A stretch of 60,387 bases of DNA from Candidatus Moraniibacteriota bacterium (GTDB lineage Bacteria > Patescibacteriota > Minisyncoccia > Moranbacterales > UBA1568), in assembly GCA_049290235.1 (NCBI GenBank), contig JBATNG010000004.1, positions 1 through 60,387 on the forward strand, read 5' to 3'. Of the stretch, positions 37,123 to 46,423 are shown one piece after another. Position 1 is the first letter of the stretch, and every line of letters starts with the position of its first letter. The notes under the pieces are model-generated. The model searched no databases. It was given only the letters and a program-made list of their open reading frames with translations, and had not been told where the DNA came from. Position numbers and translations under genes: made by a program.

Positions 37123-37513
37123 CGATGCGGTAGGATCCGAGGGCGACGAGGCCGGAGAGTACCGTCCCCCAGACGAGATCCACCACGGTAACGGTTAACG
37201 GCCAATCGCGTACAGTCGCGAGGTTCGTCAGATCATACGTCGCATAAGTCATAAAACCGAATAGTGCGCCGTAGAGAAGGGCTCGCTGCCAACCACCAAA
37301 CTCGAGCGCCGGAACCACCGCAAAGAAAATCACTCCGCCAATAAAGATCAGATAGAAGAGGATGGCTGCGACCCAATTGAATTCAGGCCGAAGAAGAAAA
37401 CCGATCTGCGCACGATAAAAGTCCTTGGCAAAAAACCCCAGCCAGAACATATCGATGACAAAGAAGACCGGGACCGTGAGAAGGTAGAGTTTGACCCAAA
37501 GCAATGTACTCAT
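37103..37513 (-). CDS. DUF2177-family membrane protein
   Basis: 136 aa with four TM helices: FVIDMFWLGF...Y...ATYDLTNLATVRDWP. Confidence 0.6.
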   Translation of the reverse strand: MSTLLWVKLYLLTVPVFFVIDMFWLGFFAKDFYRAQIGFLLRPEFNWVAAILFYLIFIGGVIFFAVVPALEFGGWQRALLYGALFGFMTYATYDLTNLATVRDWPLTVTVVDLVWGTVLSGLVALGSYRIGVFLQS

Positions 37514-37542
37514 CCATTTATTATAACATCCCCTCGTGTGCG

Positions 37543-38700
37543 CTACCGGATCGCTCGGGCGACGGCGGGCACCACACGTTTTTCAAAGGTGTTTGGGATG
37601 ATGTTGCCAGCCGTCGGACGACGGACGAGCGCCGCGAGATTTCTGGCTGCCTTGACGAGCATCACATCCGTGATGCGCTTCACCCGATGATCGAGCGCAC
37701 CGCGAAAGATTCCCGGAAAACCGAGTGAGTTATTGATCTGATTGGCGAAATCCGAGCGTCCTGTCGCCACGACTCGAGCGCCGGCCGCGAGCGCAATGTC
37801 AGGCATGATCTCGGGGACCGGATTGGCAAGCGCGAAAATAATCGCATCTTCCGCCATCGTTTGAACATGTTGCTCCGTGAGGAGACCACCCTTGGAAACG
37901 CCAATAAAAACGTCCGCACCAGCAATCGCGACTGAGAGATCACCGTCAATCGCCTCCGGATTCGTCCGAGCACGGAGCGCCTGTTTGTGCTGGTCCAAAT
38001 CACTACGGTTGGGGCCGAGGATACCGCGACTATCAAGCATGACGATATTTTGTACGCCGTAGAGGAGCAGGAGTTCCGCGATCGCTTGACCCGCCGCCCC
38101 CGCGCCCGAGATGACGACCCAGACCGCTTCCTTTTTCTTCTTCACGACTTTCAGCGCATTGATGAAGCCGGTCAAGACCACCATCGCCGTCCCGTGCTGA
38201 TCATCGTGCATGACGGGAATATTCAATGCATCCTGGAGCCGCCGCTCGATCTCGAAGCACCGTGGCGCCGCGATGTCTTCCAGATTGATACCGCCGAAGC
38301 CGGGCGCGATCCGTTTGACCGTCTCGACGATTTCCTCCGTATCCTGCGTGGCGAGCACGATCGGAAAGGCGTCGACGCCGGCCAGCGATTTGAAGAGCAT
38401 CGACTTCCCCTCCATGACTGGGAGTGCCGCCTCCGGCCCGATATTGCCCAGGCCCAAGACGGCCGAACCATCCGACACGACCGCGACCATATTCCCCTTC
38501 ATCGTGTATTTCACCGCTTCCTCCGGATGCAGCGCGAGATGGCTCGACACGGCTCCGACGCCGGGCGTGTAGACGACCGCCAAATCCTCTTTATTCATCA
38601 CTGGTATCTTCGGTATGACTTCCACCTTGCCGCGCAGTTTTTTGTGAAGCGCGAGGGCGAGCTTGGCATAGTTCTTCTTCACCGTCTTTTTCATTGCCAT
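37543..38700 (-). CDS. NAD(P)-dependent malic enzyme (short type)
   Basis: 385 aa: VYTPGV, VVSDGSAVLGLGNIG, FGGINLEDI, ISGAGAAG. Confidence 0.92.
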   Translation of the reverse strand: MAMKKTVKKNYAKLALALHKKLRGKVEVIPKIPVMNKEDLAVVYTPGVGAVSSHLALHPEEAVKYTMKGNMVAVVSDGSAVLGLGNIGPEAALPVMEGKSMLFKSLAGVDAFPIVLATQDTEEIVETVKRIAPGFGGINLEDIAAPRCFEIERRLQDALNIPVMHDDQHGTAMVVLTGFINALKVVKKKKEAVWVVISGAGAAGQAIAELLLLYGVQNIVMLDSRGILGPNRSDLDQHKQALRARTNPEAIDGDLSVAIAGADVFIGVSKGGLLTEQHVQTMAEDAIIFALANPVPEIMPDIALAAGARVVATGRSDFANQINNSLGFPGIFRGALDHRVKRITDVMLVKAARNLAALVRRPTAGNIIPNTFEKRVVPAVARAIR

Positions 38701-38718
38701 AATTATGTAGAACTGAAA

Positions 38719-39954
38719 TTACGAGCGCCCCCGATCATGCATAGCTTGGATGACACGCTTGACCGCCACAATATAAGCCCCCATGCGCAGCGTCGAATTG
38801 TGCGTCTCACTTGCCTGCCACACTGCATCAAAGGAAGTGTCCATGATTCGGCGCAGCTTATCGAGAATATCTTGCTCCTCCCAACCATAGTTCAATGCAT
38901 TCTGGATCTGTTCGAAGTAACTCACTGTCACTCCGCCGGCGTTGGCAAGAATATCTGGGACCACAATCACGTTCCGATCCACCAGCACGGTTTCCGCCTC
39001 CGGTGTTACCGGTCCATTGGCCACCTCGATAATAACTTTGGCCTTTATATCCTGAACATTGCCGACATGAATCGCGTTCTCCAAAGCAGCCGGGACAAGA
39101 ATATCGGTCGGTACCGAGAGCACGGCATCGCTCGGAAGTTCCTCGCACCCAATGCACTTCATGAGGCTGCCAGTCGCCCGTTTATGCGAGAGAACTCCTT
39201 CGACATCGAGACCTTCACTCCGATAGATGGTCGCTTGGGAATCAGCCAACGCGACGATCGTGTAGCCAGCCTGAGAGAGAATACGCGCCAGATAGCTACC
39301 GCCGTTCCCAACCCCTTGGATGGCCACCGTCGCACCATCCCTGATATGTAGCTTTTTCCGTGCCGCTTCAATAACATAGAAAGCTCCTTGCGCCGTGGCG
39401 TATTCACGGACTCGGGATCCGCCGATAGACAGCGGCTTGCCAGTGATGACCCCCGGCCGATGGTGACCAACCACCGCCTCATATTCGTCGAGCATCCAGC
39501 CCATGATACGTGGATCAGTCTGAACATCAGGGGCTGGCACATCCGTGTCTGGTCCGATGAAATTCACAAACGCTCTCGCATATCCGCGCGACAATCGCTC
39601 CAACTCACCACTGGAAAGTTCTTTCGGATTCACCACGACACCGCCCTTTCCTCCGCCGAGTGGGATATCTACCACTGCGGTTTTCCACGTCATCCACATA
39701 GACAGAGCTTTCACCTCATCGAGCGTCACGCCGGGATGAAATCGGACTCCTCCTTTGTGCGGCCCACGGGCATCATTGTGCTGCGAACGAAACCCTGTGA
39801 ATACCCTCACAGTTCCGTCGTCCATCCTGACGGGAATGTTGACCGTCAGGACACGAACTGGCTCCCGAAGTTGAACGAAAATATTCTCTGGGATAGGGAT
39901 TATGGATCGAACTGCCTGCAGCTGCTGTTGTGCGCTCTCAAATGGATTGGCCAT
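38719..39954 (-). CDS. gdhA: Glutamate dehydrogenase (Glu/Leu/Phe/Val dehydrogenase family)
   Basis: 411 aa: PLGGGKGGV, and the Rossmann motif IQGVGNGGSY. Confidence 0.93.
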   Translation of the reverse strand: MANPFESAQQQLQAVRSIIPIPENIFVQLREPVRVLTVNIPVRMDDGTVRVFTGFRSQHNDARGPHKGGVRFHPGVTLDEVKALSMWMTWKTAVVDIPLGGGKGGVVVNPKELSSGELERLSRGYARAFVNFIGPDTDVPAPDVQTDPRIMGWMLDEYEAVVGHHRPGVITGKPLSIGGSRVREYATAQGAFYVIEAARKKLHIRDGATVAIQGVGNGGSYLARILSQAGYTIVALADSQATIYRSEGLDVEGVLSHKRATGSLMKCIGCEELPSDAVLSVPTDILVPAALENAIHVGNVQDIKAKVIIEVANGPVTPEAETVLVDRNVIVVPDILANAGGVTVSYFEQIQNALNYGWEEQDILDKLRRIMDTSFDAVWQASETHNSTLRMGAYIVAVKRVIQAMHDRGRS

Positions 39955-40016
39955 ACAAAAAAGTTACCGGATCACATACCGTTCCATCATACCCCCGTGG
40001 GGTATCAGAGTCAAAC

Positions 40017-41246
40017 TTAGTCTCCCGCACGGAGACGAAAGATGCGGTCATCGAGTGGTGAGGGTTGGCCGCGGCCGTCGCGGTTCGATGTGGTGAAATA
40101 GATATTGCCGTCGGGTCCCTCCACTACTGCGCGGATGCGGCCGAACGACACCTCGCGAAGTTTGCCGTAACTCGCGATCTGTTTTGGATTACTTTCATCG
40201 AGCCGAATCCGCATCAGCCCCTCACCTTTGAGCGCCCCGAAGAACAAGTCACCGCGCCACTCCGGGAAGACGCGACCAGAATAGATCATGAGCGAGCCGG
40301 GCGCTTCGGCCGGCGTGAAGACCAAGAGTGGTGAGATCATACCGGCGCGACTCTTCTCGTGTGAAACGAGAGGCCAGCCATAATTACCTCCCCGCTCGAT
40401 CACGTTCACCTCGTCCCCGCCCGCCGGACCATCAAAAACCGTCGGGCCATGCTCGGTCTCATACAGGATACCCGTGTCCAGCTGCCAGGCGAGGCCCTGC
40501 GGATTCCGATGACCGTATGACCAGATCGCACTTCCGACAAAAGGATTATCCGCCGGAATCGTTCCGTCAGAGTTGATGCGAAGGATCTTCCCTGCGAGCG
40601 ACTCCAAATCCTGAGCCAAGTTCCCATCTGTCGCGTCCCCCGTCGTGATGTAGAGCTTGCCGTCTGGTCCGAAAGCGATGCGGCATCCCGAGTGGTACTG
40701 TGCTGCCGGGATGCGATCGATGACCATGAAGGAGTCCGCGAGGGTGTCACCAGCGTCGACGAAACGCATCACCTTCAGCCAGAGTCGCTGACCATCGGCA
40801 TAGGCGATCGCCGCATAGAGGAAATGGTTTTGCGGATAGTTCGGATCGAGGGCCAATGACATCAGTCCATCCTCACCCTTTTCGACAACTTCGGAAAACA
40901 CATGGATCGGCTGCTTCTCGAGGACGCCGTTTTCGATAACTCGGATCTGCCCCGGCCGTTCGGTGACGAGCAAACGCGTCGGCGATGTGAAGACGATATC
41001 CCAGGGCGTATCGAGACCCGTCGCCACTGCTTCGATGGCTATCGGAGGATTCCGATCCGAAACACGCGCCTCGATATCGGGCGCATCGCGTACAATGGGC
41101 CTATCAGGTACGACCGGCGGCGGTGCGATAAACGTCACCTCTTGACCCGGCCGTAGGAACGGACTCAACCAACGAAACCAATATACCGCGACAAATAGGC
41201 CGACGGACAGAGAGAGGAAGAAAAGGTAGGTGAAGATGCGTTTCAT
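40017..41246 (-). CDS. PQQ-dependent sugar (glucose/sorbosone) dehydrogenase
   Basis: HSGCRIAFGPDGKLYITTGD, YGHRNPQGLAW, GGNYGWP. The start is placed at MKRIFTYLFF (41246) because the track's GTG start abuts a TGnTATACT extended -10. Confidence 0.88.
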   Translation of the reverse strand: MKRIFTYLFFLSLSVGLFVAVYWFRWLSPFLRPGQEVTFIAPPPVVPDRPIVRDAPDIEARVSDRNPPIAIEAVATGLDTPWDIVFTSPTRLLVTERPGQIRVIENGVLEKQPIHVFSEVVEKGEDGLMSLALDPNYPQNHFLYAAIAYADGQRLWLKVMRFVDAGDTLADSFMVIDRIPAAQYHSGCRIAFGPDGKLYITTGDATDGNLAQDLESLAGKILRINSDGTIPADNPFVGSAIWSYGHRNPQGLAWQLDTGILYETEHGPTVFDGPAGGDEVNVIERGGNYGWPLVSHEKSRAGMISPLLVFTPAEAPGSLMIYSGRVFPEWRGDLFFGALKGEGLMRIRLDESNPKQIASYGKLREVSFGRIRAVVEGPDGNIYFTTSNRDGRGQPSPLDDRIFRLRAGD

Positions 41247-41467
41247 AGGCTTCCGTATTTGTGTACCCACAGTATATCACCGCACTCCACGGCCGGCTGT
41301 TGACATCCCAGGAGAAGTGCTATACTGAGAGCGGAAAGCCTTCAGAACGGTCACACGAAAAATTGAAACCCACCTGGTCTTCAGGGAAATGATTTTTCCG
41401 ACACTATCATTTTTGGGATTCAGTCGTCCGACCTGCATTGAGGGCTTTTCGTCCAAAAAGAGAAGTC

Positions 41468-41490
41468 AAAGCGCCCGCGCGCTTTTTTTT
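41468..41490. terminator. Bidirectional hairpin terminator
   Basis: AAAGCGC-ccgc-GCGCUUU, followed by T8 on the plus strand and preceded by an A-run. On the minus strand it lies about 20 nt after the stop of the 41508..42068 gene. Confidence 0.7.
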
Positions 41491-41507
41491 GTGTGTATAC
41501 AACGCAT

Positions 41508-42068
41508 TTACAACGACCGACTGTCGTAAGCCCAGTGTAAGATCGCCTGTCGCTGCCTGGGCCGGCAGGTTCGGTCACCGCGTCGGCAATGCGCCGTGAG
41601 TTGCGCGGTATGCCGCGAGATCGCATGCCAGCGGCGAATCTGACGGACGTCCTCGCCCGGAATGCGACGTCCTTGATAGTATCGGCAATACCATTGGAAC
41701 CAACCGCGCGGATCATCTGGGAAAATCCAGCCCTTCGCCTGCCACGTGGACAATGGCTGAGAGGCGCGCACTCCGAAGTAATTTAATTCCGGATCGTACC
41801 GCTCTGGCGAAAGCTTGGCGTGACGAAACCAGTCGGCCGGAAATTCGTCTCGGCAATCGGTCATGTATTTTCCACCAAAGACACCGAGTGCAAGCATCTC
41901 GGCCGGGGTCAGGTCGGGTTTGAAATCAGGATGGAAGTTCGTACCGACCGGCTCACTGCAAGTGTAGCGGTACCCCTGCTGCATCCTATCGTTAACGATG
42001 ATCACTTGGTTTTCTTTGGGCATAGAGTGAATCATCACTACCCTAGCATCGCTCGCGCCCCTTTTCAA
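41508..42068 (-). CDS. Conserved hypothetical protein
   Basis: 186-aa ORF rich in W, R and Y. The start is probably internal (MIHSMPKEN or MPKEN) because a plus-strand promoter for the divergent gene lies in the first 40 nt. Confidence 0.6.
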   Translation of the reverse strand: MKRGASDARVVMIHSMPKENQVIIVNDRMQQGYRYTCSEPVGTNFHPDFKPDLTPAEMLALGVFGGKYMTDCRDEFPADWFRHAKLSPERYDPELNYFGVRASQPLSTWQAKGWIFPDDPRGWFQWYCRYYQGRRIPGEDVRQIRRWHAISRHTAQLTAHCRRGDRTCRPRQRQAILHWAYDSRSL

Positions 42069-42119
42069 TCAGTGGGAAACCCCGTAGGCTAGGGTGGTAC
42101 TCATAAGCACGGGACTCGT

Positions 42120-42671
42120 ATGGAAACAAAAAAGCTCACTCTACAGACCGCTTCCGACAAACGCCCTGCCCTCGAACGGATCGCCCTCGCTGCACCGCGC
42201 TATATCGGCTCACCGCTCTCGCTTGTCCTGCACTCGATTTTCTTCGTCGGGATCTTTGTCCTCCAGTGGACCGGCTACAGCTTCGAGGAAATCATGCTCA
42301 TCCTCACGACGGTCGTCTCGCTCGAGGCGATCTATCTCTCTATCTTCATCCAGATCACCGTCAACCACCAGGCGATGAAGCTCACCGAAGTCAGTGAGGA
42401 CGTCGATGAAATCAGTGAGGACGTGGAGGAGATCGGCGAAGATGTCGAAGGTATCTCCGAAGATGTGGAGGAGATCTCCAAGGGTCTCGATGATATCCAG
42501 GAAGATGTCAAGGAAATCAGCGAGGAAGTCGAGGACCTCGGTGAAGAAATCGAGAAGGATGACCAGGAATACTCAGCCGACCGGTCCCACGATATCCAGA
42601 AAATCACCCATATCCAAACGGCTCTCGAGGAACTCTTGCGGGAAGTGAAAGCGATGAAAGAGGATAGGTAG
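42120..42671 (+). CDS. DUF1003-family membrane protein with an acidic heptad-repeat tail
   Basis: 183 aa with two TM helices (LVLHSIFFVGIFVL, ILTTVVSLEAIYLSIFIQ), then eight SEDVEEI-type heptads. Confidence 0.7.
   Translation: METKKLTLQTASDKRPALERIALAAPRYIGSPLSLVLHSIFFVGIFVLQWTGYSFEEIMLILTTVVSLEAIYLSIFIQITVNHQAMKLTEVSEDVDEISEDVEEIGEDVEGISEDVEEISKGLDDIQEDVKEISEEVEDLGEEIEKDDQEYSADRSHDIQKITHIQTALEELLREVKAMKEDR
42393..42557 (+). repeat. Eight tandem 21-nt (heptad) coding repeats
   Basis: SEDVDEI SEDVEEI GEDVEGI SEDVEEI SKGLDDI QEDVKEI SEEVEDL GEEIEKD. Confidence 0.85.
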
Positions 42672-42695
42672 CCCCGGCAAGCAGATCAACTGATC

Positions 42696-43106
42696 TCAAC
42701 CCTGGAAATCCGGATCCCGGTCGAAACGCGCCCGCCAGGCAGCATAGCTGACCAGCGCATACGTGATGATCGTGACATCGAGCAAGGCAACGAGCTGTTC
42801 ATGCCGCATCGCCTGGCTCGTCGTCAACCACAACGTCAAGACATAGGCCAGGAGCGGGAGGACGATGTCTGAGATGACATTGATCCGCGACTCTCGAATC
42901 CTGACTCGCATCTCGAAAACTTCCCAGAGCACCGCAACGAGGAGCGTGATGAAAAAAAGCGGAACCGCCGGATACTCAAACACTCGGACCACCATGGCAA
43001 CGAGCGTACCGAGGAGGAAATGTGGCACTGACCAATAGTCAATCGACTGACGCAATTGCCAGAACAGTGCCGGATGAGGATGCAGACTTCTCTTTCGCTG
43101 AGACAT
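42696..43106 (-). CDS. Hypothetical membrane protein (about 4 TM helices)
   Basis: 136 aa, hydrophobic; no family recognised. Confidence 0.55.
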   Translation of the reverse strand: MSQRKRSLHPHPALFWQLRQSIDYWSVPHFLLGTLVAMVVRVFEYPAVPLFFITLLVAVLWEVFEMRVRIRESRINVISDIVLPLLAYVLTLWLTTSQAMRHEQLVALLDVTIITYALVSYAAWRARFDRDPDFQG

Positions 43107-43159
43107 GATGATTTGCCAGTAGAATATTCTCGTCCCCGCTCCACCGCGCTGAAATCTGG

Positions 43160-43558
43160 CTATCGATTCAGCCAGGTGATCGTGAACTGCAAGACCAACG
43201 CGAACGAAACCCAGAGGAAATACGGGATATTCACATACGCGACCCAGGGCATGATCGGACTGATCCGTGACAGAGCCCAGACGAGCGTCCCCCAGACGAG
43301 GAGGATATCCGCCGCAGCGAGCCAGTTATTCCGGAGACCGAATTGGATTGGTGAGAAAGCCAGATTGAACCCGAGATTCAAGAGGAATGGGATGAGCAGT
43401 CCGAGACCGATTCGGCCTTGCCAAAATCGGATGCAGACCGCCACGAAACTAACCGCAATGATGATGTAAAGGACCGTCCAAACCGGACCGAACAACCACT
43501 CGGGCGGCGCCCAAGTCGGCTTGATTAGATTGGCATACCACTCTCCTTCGGCTCCCAT
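43160..43558 (-). CDS. tspO: TspO/MBR tryptophan-rich sensory protein (short N-terminus)
   Basis: WYANLIKPTWAPPEWLFGPVWTVLY... The start at 43558 avoids a 130-nt overlap with the upstream gene. The track ORF starts at 43699. Confidence 0.8.
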   Translation of the reverse strand: MGAEGEWYANLIKPTWAPPEWLFGPVWTVLYIIIAVSFVAVCIRFWQGRIGLGLLIPFLLNLGFNLAFSPIQFGLRNNWLAAADILLVWGTLVWALSRISPIMPWVAYVNIPYFLWVSFALVLQFTITWLNR

Positions 43559-43569
43559 GTATGACGGAC

Positions 43570-44154
43570 TTATCGCTTCACCGCACAGACACCACCCGGA
43601 CAGGCCGGCGCGTACTGAGTCGGCTTGATGAAACCTTTCCGAACGAGCCAGGTATAGATGGTACAACCGACACAAAATCCGAGCGCTGTCTCCAGCCACA
43701 TGAAGACGAGGCAGAGACTACAAAGTATCATCGGGATCAGGCATGGTGATGTCCCGCTGAGTGTCGAGGAATTGCACGCCGCCACGAAATACAGCTGCTT
43801 CCCAATCAAAAAGAGTACCGCGCTCGACATGACGAGACCGATGCCCCAGGCGAAACGTTTCTGGACCGCGCCGACATACTCCGGCCGCTGATTCCGAACG
43901 AGGAGCGCCCCGAGCCGACCATAGAGGGACCACTCCGGTCCGAGACCAACCTTCAAGAGGAAATCCACCCAATAAGTGAGCACGACCCAGAAGGCCAGTG
44001 TGATATTCTTCTCGAAGTACACCGAAAGCAGGGCGAAAAAGCCGAGCGCAAACATGATACCCGCCGCCGCTCGGACTTCGCGTTCATTCACCACGCCATA
44101 GGGTGCTGGAACGCCATCGATCATCAATCCCGGAATGATCTTTCCGTAGGCCAT
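43570..44154 (-). CDS. DUF4395-family membrane protein
   Basis: 194 aa, multi-TM, with a Cys-rich C-terminus (CVGCTIY...CPGGVC). Confidence 0.6.
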   Translation of the reverse strand: MAYGKIIPGLMIDGVPAPYGVVNEREVRAAAGIMFALGFFALLSVYFEKNITLAFWVVLTYWVDFLLKVGLGPEWSLYGRLGALLVRNQRPEYVGAVQKRFAWGIGLVMSSAVLFLIGKQLYFVAACNSSTLSGTSPCLIPMILCSLCLVFMWLETALGFCVGCTIYTWLVRKGFIKPTQYAPACPGGVCAVKR

Positions 44155-44197
44155 CGTATTCTTCCACAGTGATTAGCCTTTTCATGCTAGCAGAAAA

Positions 44198-44875
44198 TCA
44201 GACGATTGTCCGCCAGAATTTCTCGGCGAGGTTCGCAAACCGGCCGATATGGCCCGCCGAGAGAAAAAGGATGCTGCCGAAGACCGCGAGATTGATGAGC
44301 GTATCATCTGAAAACAGCTTCAACGCACTCCCCAGTGCCTTATTGGGGATAAATGGCGTCCCATGGAAATTCACCGCCGCATACAGTTCGTCGAGGATGA
44401 GGTGGCCGATATATCCCGCGATCATCGCCACAGCCAAGACGAATGCCTCCATGTCTGCGAATGAGAAATGCACCGCGAGAAAGAACGTAACCAGCCCGGC
44501 CAAGAAAGCCGCCGGGAGCGAATGGGCCATCCCCCGATGCCGCGTGAAGCGTTTGAAGAAATATCCGACGACCAGATAGATGAAGGCAAAGGTACCCACC
44601 GTCCAGAGCAGTAACCGTTCCCAGACGAGGGGCGTCTCATGATACAGCGAGAGACCGACGAGCGCCGCCGCGACGAGCGAGAACGATCCGAACGTCACAT
44701 GAAAGGGCACACCCGAGTCACTGTCCATATCCGGCATGATCGAGCCGAGCACTGCCACGACGAAGACAATCGAGATGAAACCGAGTTCATCCGAAAAGGC
44801 GAGTGAAATCAGTCCCATCGCTCCCAAGATTCCGGAGGCGATACCGAGTGAGATATGAGCGCGGAAACTGGCCAT
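44198..44875 (-). CDS. YdjM-like membrane-bound metal-dependent hydrolase (DUF457)
   Basis: Starts at MASFRAHISLG; contains PDMDSDSG, HRGMAHS and HLILDE. The track ORF (to 45100) overlaps the GIY-YIG gene. Confidence 0.7.
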   Translation of the reverse strand: MASFRAHISLGIASGILGAMGLISLAFSDELGFISIVFVVAVLGSIMPDMDSDSGVPFHVTFGSFSLVAAALVGLSLYHETPLVWERLLLWTVGTFAFIYLVVGYFFKRFTRHRGMAHSLPAAFLAGLVTFFLAVHFSFADMEAFVLAVAMIAGYIGHLILDELYAAVNFHGTPFIPNKALGSALKLFSDDTLINLAVFGSILFLSAGHIGRFANLAEKFWRTIV

Positions 44876-44882
44876 AGACGTA

Positions 44883-45128
44883 TTAGGATTCGATGAGTGA
44901 AAGCTTTGCAGAACGTGAGAGCCGCTTGATCCGGGCTTCTTCGCGTGCGGCGTTCGAGCGAGTACGGAAATGTCGAGTATAGACGAGCGTGACTGGACAC
45001 CGACCCCGCGTGTACTTCGCCCCGAGCCGGGAAGTATTGTGCTCACGCACCCGCCGCACCAGGTCCGTCGTGATCCCTGTATAATATGTGTCGTCCGCAC
45101 AGCGGAGAATATACAGATGATACATCAT
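44883..45128 (-). CDS. GIY-YIG nuclease family protein (UPF0213/YhbQ-like)
   Basis: MMYHLYILRCADDTYYTGITTDLVRRVREHN... Confidence 0.85.
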   Translation of the reverse strand: MMYHLYILRCADDTYYTGITTDLVRRVREHNTSRLGAKYTRGRCPVTLVYTRHFRTRSNAAREEARIKRLSRSAKLSLIES

Positions 45129-45133
45129 ACGCT

Positions 45134-45706
45134 CTAGGACAATTGTTGGGCACCGAGCTGTCGCAGAGCGCGTCGCCGCTCCCGGAAATCCGGCATCGTC
45201 CGCGCGACGAGCGACCAAAACCGTGCCGAATGATCGAAGGCACCGAGATGGCAGAGCTCGTGGAGAATGACATAGTCTGCTAGCGCTGGCGGTAACAGCG
45301 CGATGCGATAATTGAATGACAGATTCCCCTGTTTCGAACAGCTGCCCCAGCGCGTCTTCTGGTTGCGGATGCTGATCTGATAATAATCGTAGCCATAGGC
45401 CTGATTGAAATGGACCAGGCGGGCCATGGCCAAGGTCCGGGCGGTTTCCTTATGCTGTGCAAATTCGCGCTTCCCCCCATGTGAGAATGGATGCGGAACA
45501 CGTTGCGAGAAACGCCGCACCTGCTCCCCGATCCACTCTGCGTGTTCCCGCAGGAATCGTTCGATGAAACGGCCGCTCACCCACGAAGGAGCCGAGACTG
45601 CCAGTACCCCGCCCGCCGAAACCGAGAGTCGCAGACGTTTGGCCCGCCGGTCCTGCCGAAGCGTGTAGTCATAAGTTGTCGTGCCGAGCGCGATAGTACG
45701 GTTCAT
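45134..45706 (-). CDS. M48-family metallopeptidase (YgjP/DUF45-like)
   Basis: 190 aa with HELCHL (HExxH) followed by FDHSARFW. Confidence 0.8.
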   Translation of the reverse strand: MNRTIALGTTTYDYTLRQDRRAKRLRLSVSAGGVLAVSAPSWVSGRFIERFLREHAEWIGEQVRRFSQRVPHPFSHGGKREFAQHKETARTLAMARLVHFNQAYGYDYYQISIRNQKTRWGSCSKQGNLSFNYRIALLPPALADYVILHELCHLGAFDHSARFWSLVARTMPDFRERRRALRQLGAQQLS

Positions 45707-45927
45707 TCCGTTTTGAAATCAAAAACTTTTCGTTTCCCGGTCGTACCCGATCGGAGCGCGAGTCGGCTTCGCGGCACGCCGAGATACCGAGCGAGGAGTC
45801 GCTCCACTGCCATATTCGCTTTGCCCTCGACCGGCGCAGCCTTCACCGACACGCTGAAGTGTGTCGCATCGATCGGCTCGACATGCTCGGCCCGGGCACG
45901 GGTTTTGACGGTGACGAAGAAGTGCAT
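45703..45927 (-). CDS. DUF167 (YggU-like) protein
   Basis: 74 aa: VKAAPVEGKANMAVERLLARYLGV. Confidence 0.75.
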   Translation of the reverse strand: MHFFVTVKTRARAEHVEPIDATHFSVSVKAAPVEGKANMAVERLLARYLGVPRSRLALRSGTTGKRKVFDFKTE

Positions 45928-46002
45928 AGGGACGAAAGTATTTTACCACTTGCCTGGGCAGTCGTGTATAATAGCGGTGTAACGCATTTAAAGACGTAAC
46001 CT

Positions 46003-46302
46003 ATGGGAAGTCCGATGGAACAATTGTCACTTAGCCTCGCCCCCAAAGAAGCTGCCGAGAGTAAGCCCGTGGATATGAAAACAGCCACTCACGAGGAAAT
46101 CCTCGCCGCACTTCCTGAGCTCTCTCGCCTGGAACTTGCGGCCGGCTATAAGCGCTTCGTCGGCAAAGATCCAACGTTTCGCGAATTGTCTGATGAAGAA
46201 CTCCGCACCGGCATCAAGGATCCAGCGGTCGAGTTTGAGCGACTCGCCCGTATCGACCAAGAAGAGGACCAGGAGGCCCGGCGGAATTACGGAAGGAATT
46301 GA
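46003..46302 (+). CDS. Hypothetical protein (99 aa)
   Basis: A perfect TATAAT lies about 35 nt upstream and a terminator lies about 20 nt downstream. No family was recognised. Confidence 0.55.
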   Translation: MGSPMEQLSLSLAPKEAAESKPVDMKTATHEEILAALPELSRLELAAGYKRFVGKDPTFRELSDEELRTGIKDPAVEFERLARIDQEEDQEARRNYGRN

Positions 46303-46322
46303 CGGGTGTCGAGGCAATCAAC

Positions 46323-46353
46323 AACCCGTCTCAGGAAGGCGGGTTTTCCTTTG
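46323..46353 (+). terminator. Intrinsic terminator
   Basis: AACCCG-ucucaggaagg-CGGGUU followed by UUCCUUU. An alternative upstream stem (GACGGGU/ACCCGUC) shares the same arm. Confidence 0.6.
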
Positions 46354-46423
46354 CTATAAAGTGAGCCATCTAGACCGCGAGATTCACAGAGATCTTCGTC
46401 ATCGGTGTGGGATGTGAGATTGA

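Noticed and set aside
37987-39351. Very long ORFs antisense to confirmed genes. Examples: 37987..39351, 25761..27092, 5264..6235, 7707..8534, 12967..13695, 19159..20031, 24898..25872, 47206..48225, 58635..59486.
   Set aside because: Each lies entirely opposite a gene with clear family motifs. Their translations are Arg/Asp/His/Pro-rich low-complexity strings with no recognisable motifs. This is the usual shadow-ORF effect in GC-rich DNA.
42393-42557. Regular 21-nt periodic repeats as a possible CRISPR-like or satellite array.
   Set aside because: The repeats are in-frame inside a well-supported ORF and encode a heptad protein repeat. There are no spacers and no cas genes.
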